A program made the position numbers and the translations under genes. This document shows, in pieces, positions 31,276 to 45,358 of a stretch of DNA of 64,000 bases; within the stretch, counting starts at the first letter, position 1; each line of letters starts with the position of its first letter. Below the pieces are notes generated by a model. It was not told where the DNA came from. It saw nothing but the letters and a program-made list of their open reading frames with translations, and did not search any database. Source of the stretch: Eledone cirrhosa (lineage: Eukaryota); assembly GCA_964016885.1 (NCBI GenBank), contig OZ024758.1, positions 3,782,001 through 3,846,000 on the forward strand, given 5' to 3'.

Positions 31276-31491
31276 GGCGGTGGATTGGCAGTATCGGTAG
31301 AGCGTCAAACACCATGATTTGCAGCATAGTTATAGTCCTTTTCGATCTGAGTTCAAATCCCGCCGAGATTAGCTTTGCCTTTCATCCTTACGCGTTCGAT
31401 AATATAAAGCACCAGTAATGTCCTCGCGTCGATTTAGTCGACTTTCCCCTCTCCTTTAAATTGATGGCCTTGTGTCTAACCTAGAAACAAC
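31276..31491 (+). mobile_element. SINE, full length, long tail, 13-bp TSD
   Basis: attagaagcagtt at 31261-31273 and 31492-31504. Confidence 0.9.
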
Positions 31492-31831
31492 ATTAGAAGC
31501 AGTTTTGCTTGTTTTTTTTCGTTTTCAAATTTTGAATTTTTTTCCACATGTATATAAGTACAGTATTGAGTACATTTATACATATAGACTGGTCTTCTTA
31601 TAGCTTGGACTCTTCTCCTCGCCTCCACTCTTGTGTCTATATACATATATATGTATAAATAAAGAGACACACATAGAGAGGGAGGGGGAGAGGCGTAGAT
31701 TGGTAGAGACTAGCGTATTTAAAGATACGATGTTAGTTTCATTAACTAGAGAGGAAACTTACTCAAGTGGATAAAGAAGAGCATTAATTTCGTTATTTAT
31801 AGGAAGCTGATATACATCTCTTTCTCTCTCT

Positions 31832-31879
<48 letters not shown>

Positions 31880-31925
31880 CATATTTAGTATAGTTTAGAC
31901 ATATATTACAAGCTTATTTGTTACA

Positions 31926-31962
<37 letters not shown>

Positions 31963-32184
31963 GTGCACAGGAATTCACTTGCATATACTTATGTACACTG
32001 GCTCTCTTTCTCTCCACATCGCACTCCATCTCCCTCCATCTTTCACGCTTGTACATTCCCAAGACACATGCAAATTTTAAGCTCATTTACATATACAAAC
32101 ACGCATACATAGATGAGCTTCTTATATATTCCTATACTACATATATACGTACGTAATTGTTACTTGCATAAATACACTTACTGA

Positions 32185-32225
<41 letters not shown>

Positions 32226-33162
32226 TCATATACACTTACTGATGTGTATATATATACACACACATATACAATTACTGATGTATATATATATATATATATA
32301 CAGACACATATATATTCATTTATATATTACTTTGCAGTAGAATGTATACATACTTAATGTGGTATGTACACACACACACACATAGGTAAACACATATATA
32401 TATACTCATTCATATACTACATCGCAATTCCATGTATACACACTTACTGAGGTATGTATACACATAAATACATACACACACATATATGTTCATTTATATA
32501 CTATATTGCAATACCATATATACACACTTACGAAGTTATATACACACATACTTACATTCTTATACCTTTATATATTGCAATACGATGTATACACATATAT
32601 GGAGGTATATACACACATATATACACACACTTATATATATATATATATATACTCATATACTATATTGCAATCCCATGTAAAAATTCCACACACATACATA
32701 CACACACACATATACATACACTTATATATATTTATTTATATACAACATTGCAATCCCTTGTAAAAATTCCACACCAAAACAAACATACACGCACATACAC
32801 ACACACGCACATACACACACACGCACACACACACACACACATGTATACATACATAGAGAAAAAATGTTTCCTATGAATAAATATATGAGCGTTTTAGCAA
32901 CTCACAACAACGTAGGGCTGTGCAGTGAAGCGTGCATGCATTCAAACATCTATGTATTTCGTTAGTTTGTTTTTTTAACATGCATATAAATGCATAATTG
33001 TGCAAGCAAGCATGCTATTAAGTGTTATTAGCAAGGGCGATATTATTTTAGTGGGGAAATAAAAAAAAAAATTAAGTCACGTAAGCATGTGAGTAAAATA
33101 TAGTAAAACACACGCTCACGTATATATATATATATATATATATGTATATAAATATGTATATG

Positions 33163-33193
<31 letters not shown>

Positions 33194-33300
33194 ATATACG
33201 TACATGTATGTATATACATATATGTATATGTATATATATATATATGTATGTATATATATGTATATATACGTACATGTATGTATATACATATATATATATG

Positions 33301-33331
<31 letters not shown>

Positions 33332-34090
33332 GGTATAAGTGTGTGAACATGGGGTTGTTATTATTATTATTGGTGGTGTTGTTGTTGTTGTCGTTGTTGC
33401 AGTGGTAGATTTTGCTGTTGTTGCTGTTATTGGTATGCTTGTTGTTGTTGATAATATTGCTATCATCCATGTTATAATAATCATCGTTGTTTTTATTTAT
33501 TTATCTTTTTTCGTTTCGTTTCGTTTTTTTTTTATTTTGTTTTCTAAATTGTTATTAGCATTAGAAACACCATTATTGGCAGAATTAGAATGGCGTCGCT
33601 GGTTAAAACTATTTTACGGTATTTAGTTAGGTCTTCGAGCCCAGCTAGCCTTTATTTGTGCCCTTCTTACTACTTTGGATTAGCAATATCTGTTTGTTTT
33701 GTTTTCCCCCGAAGCTCGCAGGTTAATCAGGGAAGAGCTTCTTTCAGTTTTGTTGGCGTTAAGCCGCTGAAGTTAAGACGCCAGGCCAACACTTTGTTAA
33801 TGGTGACTGTTGTTTTGGGTACGTTTAAATAACGTATTCTGCTCAAGAATACCACGGGTCATTGACTTAGCGAACCGAACCCAAGGCAAAACAACTTGGC
33901 CCGGCTTCGCTAGAAATCCATTTCTGCTCATCCTATTTAACCTAAGAACTACCTTGGTTCTCAAGACATACCTATGATAAACATATTCCACCCATATCCA
34001 TCCAACCTTTTGATTTTCAGACATGATATATCTGAAAATAAATGTTTCAATGAGTCCTCCATTTTACTGTTTTGTGTGCATTATAAGAAG

Positions 34091-34276
34091 GGCGGTGAAT
34101 TGGCAGTATCGGTAGAGGGTCAGACATGCTTTCCAGCATAGTTACGTCCCTTTATGATCTGAGTTCAAATCCGGCCGAGGTTAACTTTGCCTTTCATCCT
34201 TACGGGGTCAATAAAATAAAGTACCAGTAATGCACTGGGTATTTGCTGGCCTTGTGCCTAAAATAGAAACAATTAT
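34091..34276 (+). mobile_element. SINE, full length, short tail
   Basis: Consensus match; ttataaga on both flanks. Confidence 0.85.
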
Positions 34277-34498
34277 AAGACAGGTTTCGTTGCTAATTCT
34301 ACTAGGTTCACTACCATGTAGAGGCCCCCTCGCTGGTTTGTCAGTACATATATTGTTATTTAGATCCTGGGTGGGCAGTGACCGAGCAGACATTTGAAAA
34401 AAGACGCTCCAGCCATGAACATCTCATTCTATATTCGATTTTTTTTCTCAGCCTCTTAGATAATGTGGGTAACATTATAAAATATATTATTATATTAG

Positions 34499-34716
34499 GG
34501 AGGTGGATTGGCAGAATCTGTTGAACGCCAGACATTTTGCTTTGCAGCATAGAATTATGGCCCTTTACGTTCTAGGTTTAAATTCCGCCGAGGTTAGTTT
34601 TGCCTTTCATCCTTACGCGGTCGATAAAATAAAGTACCAGTAATGTACTGGGTCGATTTAATCGACTTTCCCTTGCCCCCAAATTGCTGACTTTGTGCCT
34701 AAATCAGAAACCATTA
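34499..34716 (+). mobile_element. SINE, full length, long tail
   Basis: Consensus match with the gtcgatttaatcgac hairpin. Confidence 0.85.
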
Positions 34717-34811
34717 TAAAGCATCACTTATTTATCTCTCTCCCTCCGTCTCTGTCTCTCTCTCTCTGTCTCCATCTCCGTCTCTCTCTCTCTCTCTCTG
34801 TCTCTGTCTCC

Positions 34812-34858
<47 letters not shown>

Positions 34859-35464
34859 CCTTCATTATCCTAATAGCATATCTTATACCTAAAATATAGG
34901 TTTCACACGTTTAAAAAATGAAAAATGAAAGGAAATATGTATAAAATGTACCAGTAATGCACTGGCGTCGATTTAATCGACTTTCCTCTCCCATTTAAAT
35001 TGTTGGCCTTGTGCCTAAAGTAGAAATCATTATTATTATTATTAATATTGCTGTTGTTGTTCTTATTATTGATACTGCTAAAATCAACAAGACATATGTT
35101 GTCGAACATGAAAATGTTGACATATTCACTGAAACATGAAATCAAAATACAATGGCGCACATGCGCAATCGTAGAGCACGCGTGTGAAAGAGTGCATATG
35201 TGTTAGTTTTAGGAAAATATGCATTTAGCTGCGTGTGTGTAAACATGCGTATTTCCGTCTATGTACACACATACACACATACACATACATGGACATGGAC
35301 AACACACACATATTCATCGAGTTACACAAACAATAAATATACTAATCAATGTATATGTATTTTTATTATAAAAACCTATTCGAACATGACTCATCATGTA
35401 AACATCACATATATAAGAACACACATATATATATATATAAGAACACACATATATATATATAAGA

Positions 35465-35503
<39 letters not shown>

Positions 35504-35897
35504 AACACATATATATGTAAGCACACACACATATATCTATATATCCGATCCAATCCGGGGCCTTGTCACTCCTGATGTTGAACCTTACCTTGGTTTACCT
35601 CCACCACTTTCTGTTTGGGTCAGGTCTGGTGTGTAGCTGGACTCACCACGCTAAATAATTTGCAAGTCAGCAATGGACTGACCAGATATGGTAAAATGGA
35701 TGGAAACATATATGACAGCCTGAATGAGTTGGGGCCCAGAACCCAACGAAACTTGAGTACCTGTTTATGTCACTGATGTAATTATATATACATGCATGCA
35801 TACACATTGCTCCAACCAGTCTATTTACCTTCGATAACTACCCTAACTATAATTATACTAAACATATATACACACACTCTCTGTCTCTGTATATATC

Positions 35898-35936
<39 letters not shown>

Positions 35937-36344
35937 CAAACACAAGCAATCATCGAATGTCCTGTGTGTAAACAATGGTCTTGAAATACAAAGCCCAAAT
36001 TAAACAAAACATTTAGTGGACAAGACCATCGGATTCCAAACTTGTAAAAATGACAAAACCAAGCCAGTAATGAACTGTCTACATTAGAACTAAGACATCC
36101 CCACACAATCCCCACACAATCCCCACACAATCCCCACACAATCCCTACCTCTGACATCAACTATATATCCCAACCCTTAACCCATCCTAAAAAGATTATT
36201 TGTGGGACGAACATTTTCAAGCTGTAGCAGACAAATTATGCACTTTCTCTATAACAATAAACATACGTACATACATACACACATTTTCTCGTATTGAAAA
36301 CTACACATGTTAAAATTACGCACCTATTGAAGATTCACACATAA

Positions 36345-36910
36345 AGACTCGCTCTCACACACGCTCTCACACACGCTCTCACACACGCTCTCACACACGC
36401 TATCTCACTCGCTCTCACACACGCTCTCACACACGCTCTCACACACGCTCTCACACTCGCTCTCACACACGCTCTCACACACGCTCTCACACACGCTCTC
36501 ACACACGCCCTCACACTCGCTCTCACGCTCTCTCTCACTCGCTCTCTCGCACTCGCTCTCACATACGCTCTCACACACGCTCTCACACACGCTCTCACAC
36601 TCGCTCTCACACTCGCTCTCACATACGCCCTCACACACGCTCTCACATACGCTCTCACACTCGCTCTCACATACGCTCTCACACACGCTCTCACATACGC
36701 TCTCACACACGCTCTCACATACGCTCTCACACACGCTCTCACACACGCTCTCACATACGCTCTCACACACGCTCTCACACTCGCTCTCACTCGCTCTCAC
36801 ACTCGTTCTCACACACGCTCTCACTCGCTCTCACACTCGCTCTCACACTCGCTCTCACACTCGCTCTCACACTCGCTCTCACACTCGCTCACACACACGC
36901 TCTCACACTC
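36345..36910. repeat. 12-bp minisatellite (cacacgctctca)n
   Basis: Tandem periodicity. Confidence 0.95.
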
Positions 36911-37439
36911 TCACTCACGCTCACACACACCCATCACACACCATCACGCACCCGCTCACACACACCCATCACACACCATCACGCACCCGCTCACACACAC
37001 GCTCACATCAGCTCACACACTCACACACACACACGCTCACACGCTCACACGCTTACACGCTCTCACACGGTCACACACACAACGCTCACACACACACATA
37101 CACACACACACGTGTAAATTGTACACACATCAATTATTAAAACGCCCCCAGTGCAGATTAACTGAAAACGCTCTATGTACGTCATTGTGTATATAACTGC
37201 CCATGAGACATTCGGTGTTGAGGTCCCCTGATCGAAACACCCAGATGTAATCTGGTTTCTTTATTTTGTCACTAAGAGGACAATGACTCCATTACAAGGA
37301 CAATCTATAGACACGGGGTGGGGCTGGTAGGGGGTTAGTTCTAATAATAATAATTGTTTTATTCTAAAGTGTCTCAAAACTCTATTTCCAAGAGAGATAT
37401 TGAACGTGTGTATTTGCGAACGCCATTTCTGAATGTGGG

Positions 37440-37850
37440 TGTATGTGTGTGTATGTGTTTGATTACATGTGTGTATGTGTGTGGGTTCATGTGTGTATGT
37501 GTGTGGATTCATGTGTGTATGTGTGTGGGTTCATGTGTGTATGTGTGTGGGTTCATGTGTCTATATGTGTGGGTTCATGTGTGTATGTGTGTGTGGGGTC
37601 ATGTGTCTATATGTGTGGGTTCATGTGTGTATGTGTGTGGGTTCATGTGTCTATATGTGTGGGTTCATGTGTGTATGTATGTGTGTGTGTTTGATTACAT
37701 GTGTCTATGTGTGTGTGGGTTTGTGTGTGTTTGATTTCATGTGTCTATGTGTGTGGGTTTATGTGTGTGTGTTTGATTACATGTGTCTATGTGTGTGGGT
37801 TCATGTGTGTTTGATTACATGTGTGTATGTGTGTGGGTTCATGTGTGTCA
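37440..37850. repeat. About 22-bp minisatellite (tcatgtgtgtatgtgtgtgggt)n
   Basis: Tandem periodicity. Confidence 0.9.
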
Positions 37851-38335
37851 TACGGACAGTTGTGAGTGGGTGGGCGAGACTGTAATTGTCATAGTTGTTG
37901 TTTTTGTTCTTATTAGTGTCGCTGTTACTGCTGTTGCTGCTGCTGTTGCTGTTGTTGTTCTTGTCACTGTTGTTGTCAGAATGTGAACAGCCTGGGCATA
38001 TGTGTGTCAGCAGTTAGTAAAATAAAACTGGGCCAGGTAGGTGCGGGGGGGGGGGGGGGGGGTCTCTATCTGCACCGCCCTAACATGCTTCCTACTCCTG
38101 CTGGCCATTGGCAGGGTTTGTGTGTGTATTTAGTGACAATAATAGCCAAAGAGTGACTGCTCCTGGCTGTTAGCTTTATCACAACATCACCCCACCACAC
38201 CGTTCACACAAACAATCTGAACAGCTTACTTCAAGTGGTCGCTTGTAATACTAATACTATTAGTGATATCAGTGTTAGCAATGCCGCTGGTGCTGATAGT
38301 ATTATTGTTGTTATTGTTACTGGTGATGGTAGTGA

Positions 38336-38797
38336 AAGCACATGGCTTAGTGGTTAGAGCATTGGGCTTGCTATTGAAAGGTTGTGAGTTCGATTCTCGG
38401 ACCAGGTGATGCGTTGTGTTCTTGAGCAAGACACTTTATTTCACGTTGCTCAGCTGTAGAAATGAGTTGCGACGTCACTGGTGCCAGCTGTATCAGCCAT
38501 TGCTTTTCTCTTAGACATCATATATAGTGTATATATATATTATAATAGTGTGTATATAAGGTATATATAGTGTAATAGTGTGTATATGAGGTATATATAT
38601 AGTGTATATATATACTGTAATAGTGTGTATGTAATGTATATATAGTTTATATATACTGTAATAGTGTGTATGTAATGTATATATAGTGCATATATACTGT
38701 AATAGTGTGTATGTAATGTATATATAGTGTATATATACTGTAATAGTGTGTATGTAATGTATATATAGTGCATATATACTGTAATAGTGTGTATGTA

Positions 38798-38841
<44 letters not shown>

Positions 38842-39000
38842 TTACGATGTCACTGGTGCCAAGCTTTATCGGTGACGTAGAAAGAGGGGCCTGGTATGCA
38901 AGGGGGACTGCTGGTCTTCCACAAAACAAACCTTGCCCGGAATTGCTCCTCGGAGGGAAACTTTCTAGGTAGAAATCACATGGTCATTCGTGGCTGAAGG
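38336..39000 (+). mobile_element. Second tRNA-derived SINE family (CORE-like domain), interrupted by a 41-bp minisatellite at about 38520-38800
   Basis: A box tggcttagtgg, B box gagttcgattc, gttgtgttcttgagcaagacacttt; related fragment at about 19135-19210. Confidence 0.65.
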
Positions 39001-39595
39001 TATGTTACTGGTACTTTATTTTATTAACCAATGAGGATGAAGCCAAAGCTATCCTCGGAGGGATTTGAACTCAGACCTTAATAGGACGTAACTATATACC
39101 GCAAAGCATGTTGTCTGACGATCTACCAATACTTACAATCTAGCACCCTATGTAATAATTGTTTCTACTTTTGGCAGAAGACCATCAATTACCCCAGTGT
39201 ATTACTGATAATTTATTTTATTGACCACATAAGTTGTGCTAGTTGAACTATAATGGTGTTGGTTGTTGTACTATAGTGGCGTTGGTAGATGAGTTAGCAT
39301 TGTTGGTGATATGGTTTATAGTGAAGCTGGGGTGGGAGGATTAGTTGTAGCAATAGAGAAGATAATGAATAACACTTGCTGTTAATGTTTTTTGAAGTTG
39401 AGTAGTAATAGCAGTAGTAGTAGTAACAGCAGCAATGATGGTGGTGGTAGTAGTAGTAGTAATAGTAATAGTAGTACTAGGAAGAGGAGGAGGAGGAAAT
39501 GATCTAATGACATTGATGGTAATAGTAGTGATGGTTAAAAGATGATTGATGAGATTCGTGATAAGCAGTGGTGATTAAATTGATGATCGTAGTGG

Positions 39596-39642
<47 letters not shown>

Positions 39643-39734
39643 AGTATGTATGTATGTAAGTGTCAGCCGTACTAAGAGTGAGAAATGAAATTTCGTTTCA
39701 TTCTTTTCCATATATATATATATATATATATATA

Positions 39735-39852
39735 TAGGAACGAGTAGGACCCCGACGGCTGAGCTCAAGCCGTTTCGAAGGCTAATTCTGGACTAGATGA
39801 ACATTTTTATCCTGCGTTATGGTCCACCTGGTTCCTTACCACATTTCCTTCG

Positions 39853-39853
<1 letters not shown>
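39735..39853. mobile_element. Family A copy, inverted 5' arm plus short direct 3' end
   Basis: (TA)n-taggaacgag... and ...ccttcgt-(TA)n termini. Confidence 0.85.
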
Positions 39854-39892
<39 letters not shown>

Positions 39893-40032
39893 AAACCGCT
39901 ATTCAATGTAGTACTCTACGCTGAGGAAAGGTAATCTGTAGTTATTATTGAAGCTCCCCACTTCTAGTACGACATCTTTAGAAGTTGGACATTGTCTATC
40001 ACACTCCATCTCGTATTATTTTAAGTAGACTA

Positions 40033-40410
40033 TGAATTGGCAGTATCGGTAGAGGGTCGGACGCCATGCTTTCCTGCATAGTTACGTACTTTTACGGTCT
40101 GAGTTCAAATCCCGCCGAGGTTAACCTTGCCTTTCATCCTTAAGGGTCGATAAAATAAAGTACCAGCAATGTACTGGGTAATTGCTGGCCTGGTGCTAAA
40201 AGTAGAAACAATTATTAGATGGTGGATTGGCTGTATTGGTAGAAGGTCGGACGCTATGCTTTGCAGCATAGAGTTACGGCCCTTTACAGTCTCAGTTCAA
40301 ATCCCATCGAGGTTAACTTTACCTTTCATCCTTATCCGGTCGATAAAATAAAGTACCAGTAATGCACTGGGATAATTGCTGGCCTTGTTCCAAAAGTAGA
40401 AACAAATATT
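40033..40410 (+). mobile_element. Two tandem full-length SINEs
   Basis: Two consensus matches, each followed by attagat. Confidence 0.85.
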
Positions 40411-41129
40411 AGATTTTCTGCCCTACTTCTAAACTTTTCCCCGTTTCGAAAGCAAATGAATGATTCAATCTGGGTCAAATCTATCATTTTCAGGGATGTG
40501 GTAACGAATTGATTGACATCTGGGGTACAATAAGAGAGGAAGAGTCTGTAATAAGTCCTCTCACTAAGGAAATTATTTTAAAAGATGTTAGGAAGGGAAA
40601 TAATGAATGATTACAGAAAAAAATGTTTGTCGAGGATGAAATGGAAGTGAACTGGGTTCTTTATCTTAACAGTTTAGGATAAATTTAATGTTTATAGGGG
40701 GGTGCCATCGGCTGTTTTCTACGTCTGTATTCTATACCTTAGGAAGTTACTCATCTTTATGAGTGTGAGAGTTTGTTAAATCGCTAATGTCCACATTCCC
40801 GAGCTAATGAATCAGTCTTCAGTGTTTTTACCTGGAAGCTATTGTCAATTTGTTTGGTGACAAAATGAAATAAAGGATTCTGTCGGTATGAGAATTTTCT
40901 GAGTGTTATTGCATGAGCGGATTGTTTAGAGGAGTGGTTTTAGACTTGATTAGTATCTCGATAAAGTAGATGGCTGTTACAGGCATGCAGTAAAAGCCTT
41001 TTGTCGGTTAGTAATTTAGTTGGTCAAATCAAAGTAAAGTATATATATTTAGTTTTCATTCACTAATGAAACGGGAAAAGAATAATCATAGGGAAGAAAA
41101 AACACAAACATATTCTCAGACACACGCAC

Positions 41130-41180
<51 letters not shown>

Positions 41181-41935
41181 CACATATATATATATATATA
41201 TGTTTGTTTGTGTGTGACGGGGGGGGGGGGATTTCATATGTTCAAAAAGAAGAGCAAACCAGTTCGACTAATAATTGATCTTCGCATAGAAATTCTGTAA
41301 TGAAGGTGTGTCATTGTAAATCTGAACATAGTGATACTTGTAATAATAATAATAATAATAATAATAATCATACTACTACTACTACTACTACTGTTACTAC
41401 TACTACTGTTACTACTACTACTACTACTACTACTACTATTTACTGGCACAGGAATCAATATTATGTAAAACAAAAAAAAAAAATGAAAAAAAAAATCATT
41501 AACGCTATTAGTAGTCGTTGTAGTAGTAGTAGTAGTAGTAGTAGTAGTAATGGCGGCGTCGAGAGTGATGGCTGCGGAGGCGGCATCGGTGTTAAATTTA
41601 GTCGTATAGGTCTTCAAAACTAGGAACTAAAAGCTTTGTTTGAAAATGCAGATTGAGAGCAGACGAGCAGATGGTGAGAGCCACTTGATTGACGACATCC
41701 ATTAGCAAAGTAAAAGTTGATAATGGAGGAACTGGAGTAAACTCGTACACGACCACATTCGGATACACATCATTTGCTATATACTGTAACTGTTGATAAA
41801 CTATTAATTTTTCACTCTTATCGTTATCTCCCTCCTTCACCATCCGGACCGACTCCAACGAAACAAATTAGTTTTTTTTTTTTACTTATCTCCCTCACTC
41901 TCGTGTGTGTGTCTGTGTGTGTATATATATATACG

Positions 41936-41971
<36 letters not shown>

Positions 41972-42026
41972 CCACGCAGCACGTTTATTCTCATATATAT
42001 ATATATACATATATGTGTGTGTTTAT

Positions 42027-42058
<32 letters not shown>

Positions 42059-42067
42059 GTTTATGTT

Positions 42068-42152
<85 letters not shown>

Positions 42153-42469
42153 TAGGAGGTATTTTCCCTGTCCCTTTTTTTCTCTTCATTTCCACACTTC
42201 GTGTTAATTTTCTCTCCATTAAATCTCTACCTTGCGATGTATTTCTATTCAGCTGTTTACACACACTCACACATACACACCCACAGTAACACACACACAC
42301 ATACACATATATACACACACACACACACACACTAACACATACACACATATATATATATTCTATTTTTTTAATGAAATAGCTGACTGACGTGGATGAGGGG
42401 GTTTACAACGATTTTTTTTTTTCACCTTGATTCTGTTTGACGTTCTATATTAGTTGTGTGTAAAAGATG

Positions 42470-42680
42470 TGTGAGTACAAGTTTGACGGTATATTTGTTT
42501 AAGTGAATCTCTCACACTCTGTGTCTGGGTGTCTATGTATGTGTGTCTATGTATGTATGTGTGTGTGTTTGTGTACGCCTTAGTGGTTCCTTGATCAGTG
42601 TTTGTATAAGTTTGAAGGTATATTTAAGTGTCTCATTCTGTATGTATGTATGTATGTATGTATGTGTCTATGTATGCGTG

Positions 42681-42731
<51 letters not shown>

Positions 42732-42870
42732 TAGTGGTTGCTTGATCAGTGTGTACAAGTTTGAAGGTATATTCGTTTAAGTGCATCTCACTCTCTGTGT
42801 ATGTATGTATGTGTGTCTATGTAAACGTGTGTCTATGTATGCGTGTGTGTGTTAGTGGTTCCTTCATCAT
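42470..42870. repeat. Microsatellite-containing tandem unit (about 3 copies), with an inverted homolog at about 47190-47385
   Basis: ttagtggttgcttgatcagtgtgtacaagtttgaaggtatatt..tttaagtg repeated; reverse complement at 47230-47300. Confidence 0.75.
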
Positions 42871-43971
42871 TTGCTTGCCTAAAAATGTTTTGTCTTATTT
42901 ATATATAACCATTTATATATAACCATATTTATATATAACCATCTCTGTAAGAGTCACTCTTTGTCTCTCTCTTACACGTTCTCGTCGTACTTACACATAC
43001 ACATTATATCTTTCTGAAGATGTATGTATACATCTCTCTCTCTCTTTCGGTCTCCGTCTCTCTCTGTGTCTCACGGCCTGTGTCTCTCTATGTGTGTGTG
43101 TGTGTATATATATATACTGACTGAAAGACAGCCAGAGAGAATGTGTAAAGAATGTGTAAAGACATAGTGTAAAGCTATAGATAACTTTCGCTCACGAATA
43201 AATATGCGATTTCCAACTAGAAATTTCCCCTCCTAATCACAAGTCAGTCCTGCAAATTTGTTTGTGAATACTATTAACCCCCCCCCCCCTACACACTACT
43301 GATGTAGCCCAAAAGAAACATGATGGCGGCTATAACACTTTTGGGTGGGGGAGAAATGTCCATAAAATCAACCCCAATGCATTACTGTTAAATTTTTTTA
43401 TCAATCCATAAGGAGGAAAGATAAAGCTAACCACGCGAGATTTGAAATCTGAACGTATATAAATCTGTACAGCAATGCAGGTCCGGCGTTCTGCTGATCC
43501 GCCGTCCTGTAACTAACAGCTTGGAATATCGGGTAAAATAACCCCATGATTGAGCTAAACCCTATAATCAACAGCTTAGAAAATCGGGTAAAATAGCCCG
43601 ATGGCTGATCTAAACATTGAGTTAAACCAATAGCTTAGAAAATGGGATAAAATAAACTTTGTTTATGATTGGTCTAAACATTGAGCTAAACGACCCGAGT
43701 TCATAGAGCGCAGTTCTTAGATCAGTCATTTGCTACAAATTAGCTTTCGAATTTGAACAGGGTTTGTTGTCAGAGGCTGCTTAGATCAACGTCTGAAGCC
43801 GATATCAGAAGATTACGAAGTTCGATTCTACGATTGAGCCTCTAGTCTCTTTCCGTCCATATTGTTTTAGCAACCGTGTGTATTTACAGCTATTTCTGCA
43901 TCCGACTGTCTTATATATTTATGAATACATACATACCCATATATATATATATATGTGTGTGTGAGTGTATA

Positions 43972-44006
<35 letters not shown>

Positions 44007-44135
44007 AATATTATATATATGTTTGTATATATATATATGTGTGTGTATGAATATTATATATATGTTTGTATATATATTTGTGTGTGTGTATGAATATTTA
44101 ATATATGTTTGTATATATATATGTGTGTGTGGGTA

Positions 44136-44189
<54 letters not shown>

Positions 44190-44391
44190 GTGTTTGTGAT
44201 GTTGAGCTCACAGAAGTGTGAATTGCAATTAAGCGAAAAGGTGCACTAAAACACCGCTAGGTATAATGGGAACTCGGATACCGATATATGTTTTTTTAGT
44301 TATTCATGTCTACATTCCTGATTAGGTTATTTGTTGTTGTTTGTCTTCGTATTTTATTTCTGTATCTGTTTCTAGTTTGTGTGTGTATGTA

Positions 44392-44441
<50 letters not shown>

Positions 44442-44595
44442 AAAATGGAATGGGAACAAAACAGAGAGGCAGTACGAACAAAGGTTTATTAGTTTCACGC
44501 TTATATGTGTGAGTGCGTATATACACATATATATATATATATGTACGCACTCACACACATATTTATTTATATATATATATATATACACACATGTG

Positions 44596-44740
<145 letters not shown>

Positions 44741-44745
44741 GTATG

Positions 44746-44792
<47 letters not shown>

Positions 44793-45220
44793 GTATACAT
44801 AGATGTGTGTTTCTCTGTGTGTGTGTGATGCAAAATACACCGTGTAATATTGCTGTTAACTATCTGAACATTTCAAATTATGTCATTCCAATAAACAATC
44901 TATAAGGTTTACTATACATAGGACACAGACACAGACACAGACACAGACACAGACACAGACACAGACACACAGACACACACACACTGATTGATTTATGTAT
45001 GCATACATATACACATACAAGCAATGTGAGTTTGTGATGTATAAACGTACGTGTCTCTCTCTAGTACTGTTACGTTTGACATGTGTGTGTACGTATTTGA
45101 TTCTCTCTCTCTATATATCTCTCACTCTCTATATATCTCTCTATCACTCTCTATATATATATATATCTCTCTCTCTCACACTCACTCTCTCTATATATCT
45201 CTCTAGGTCTTTCTTTACCT

Positions 45221-45264
<44 letters not shown>

Positions 45265-45307
45265 AATATATATATATCCACACACAGATATATACGTATA
45301 TATATAT

Positions 45308-45358
<51 letters not shown>

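Noticed and set aside
35935-36100. IECPVCKQ CxxC fragment, possibly GIY-YIG-like
   Set aside because: Too short, and no YIG motif is recognisable.
40430-41040. Possible PLE nuclease relic on the minus strand
   Set aside because: Only vague motif resemblance, needing many frameshifts.
41598-41858. 86-aa non-repetitive minus-strand ORF
   Set aside because: No recognisable domain or convincing splice sites; cannot be supported without homology or RNA data.
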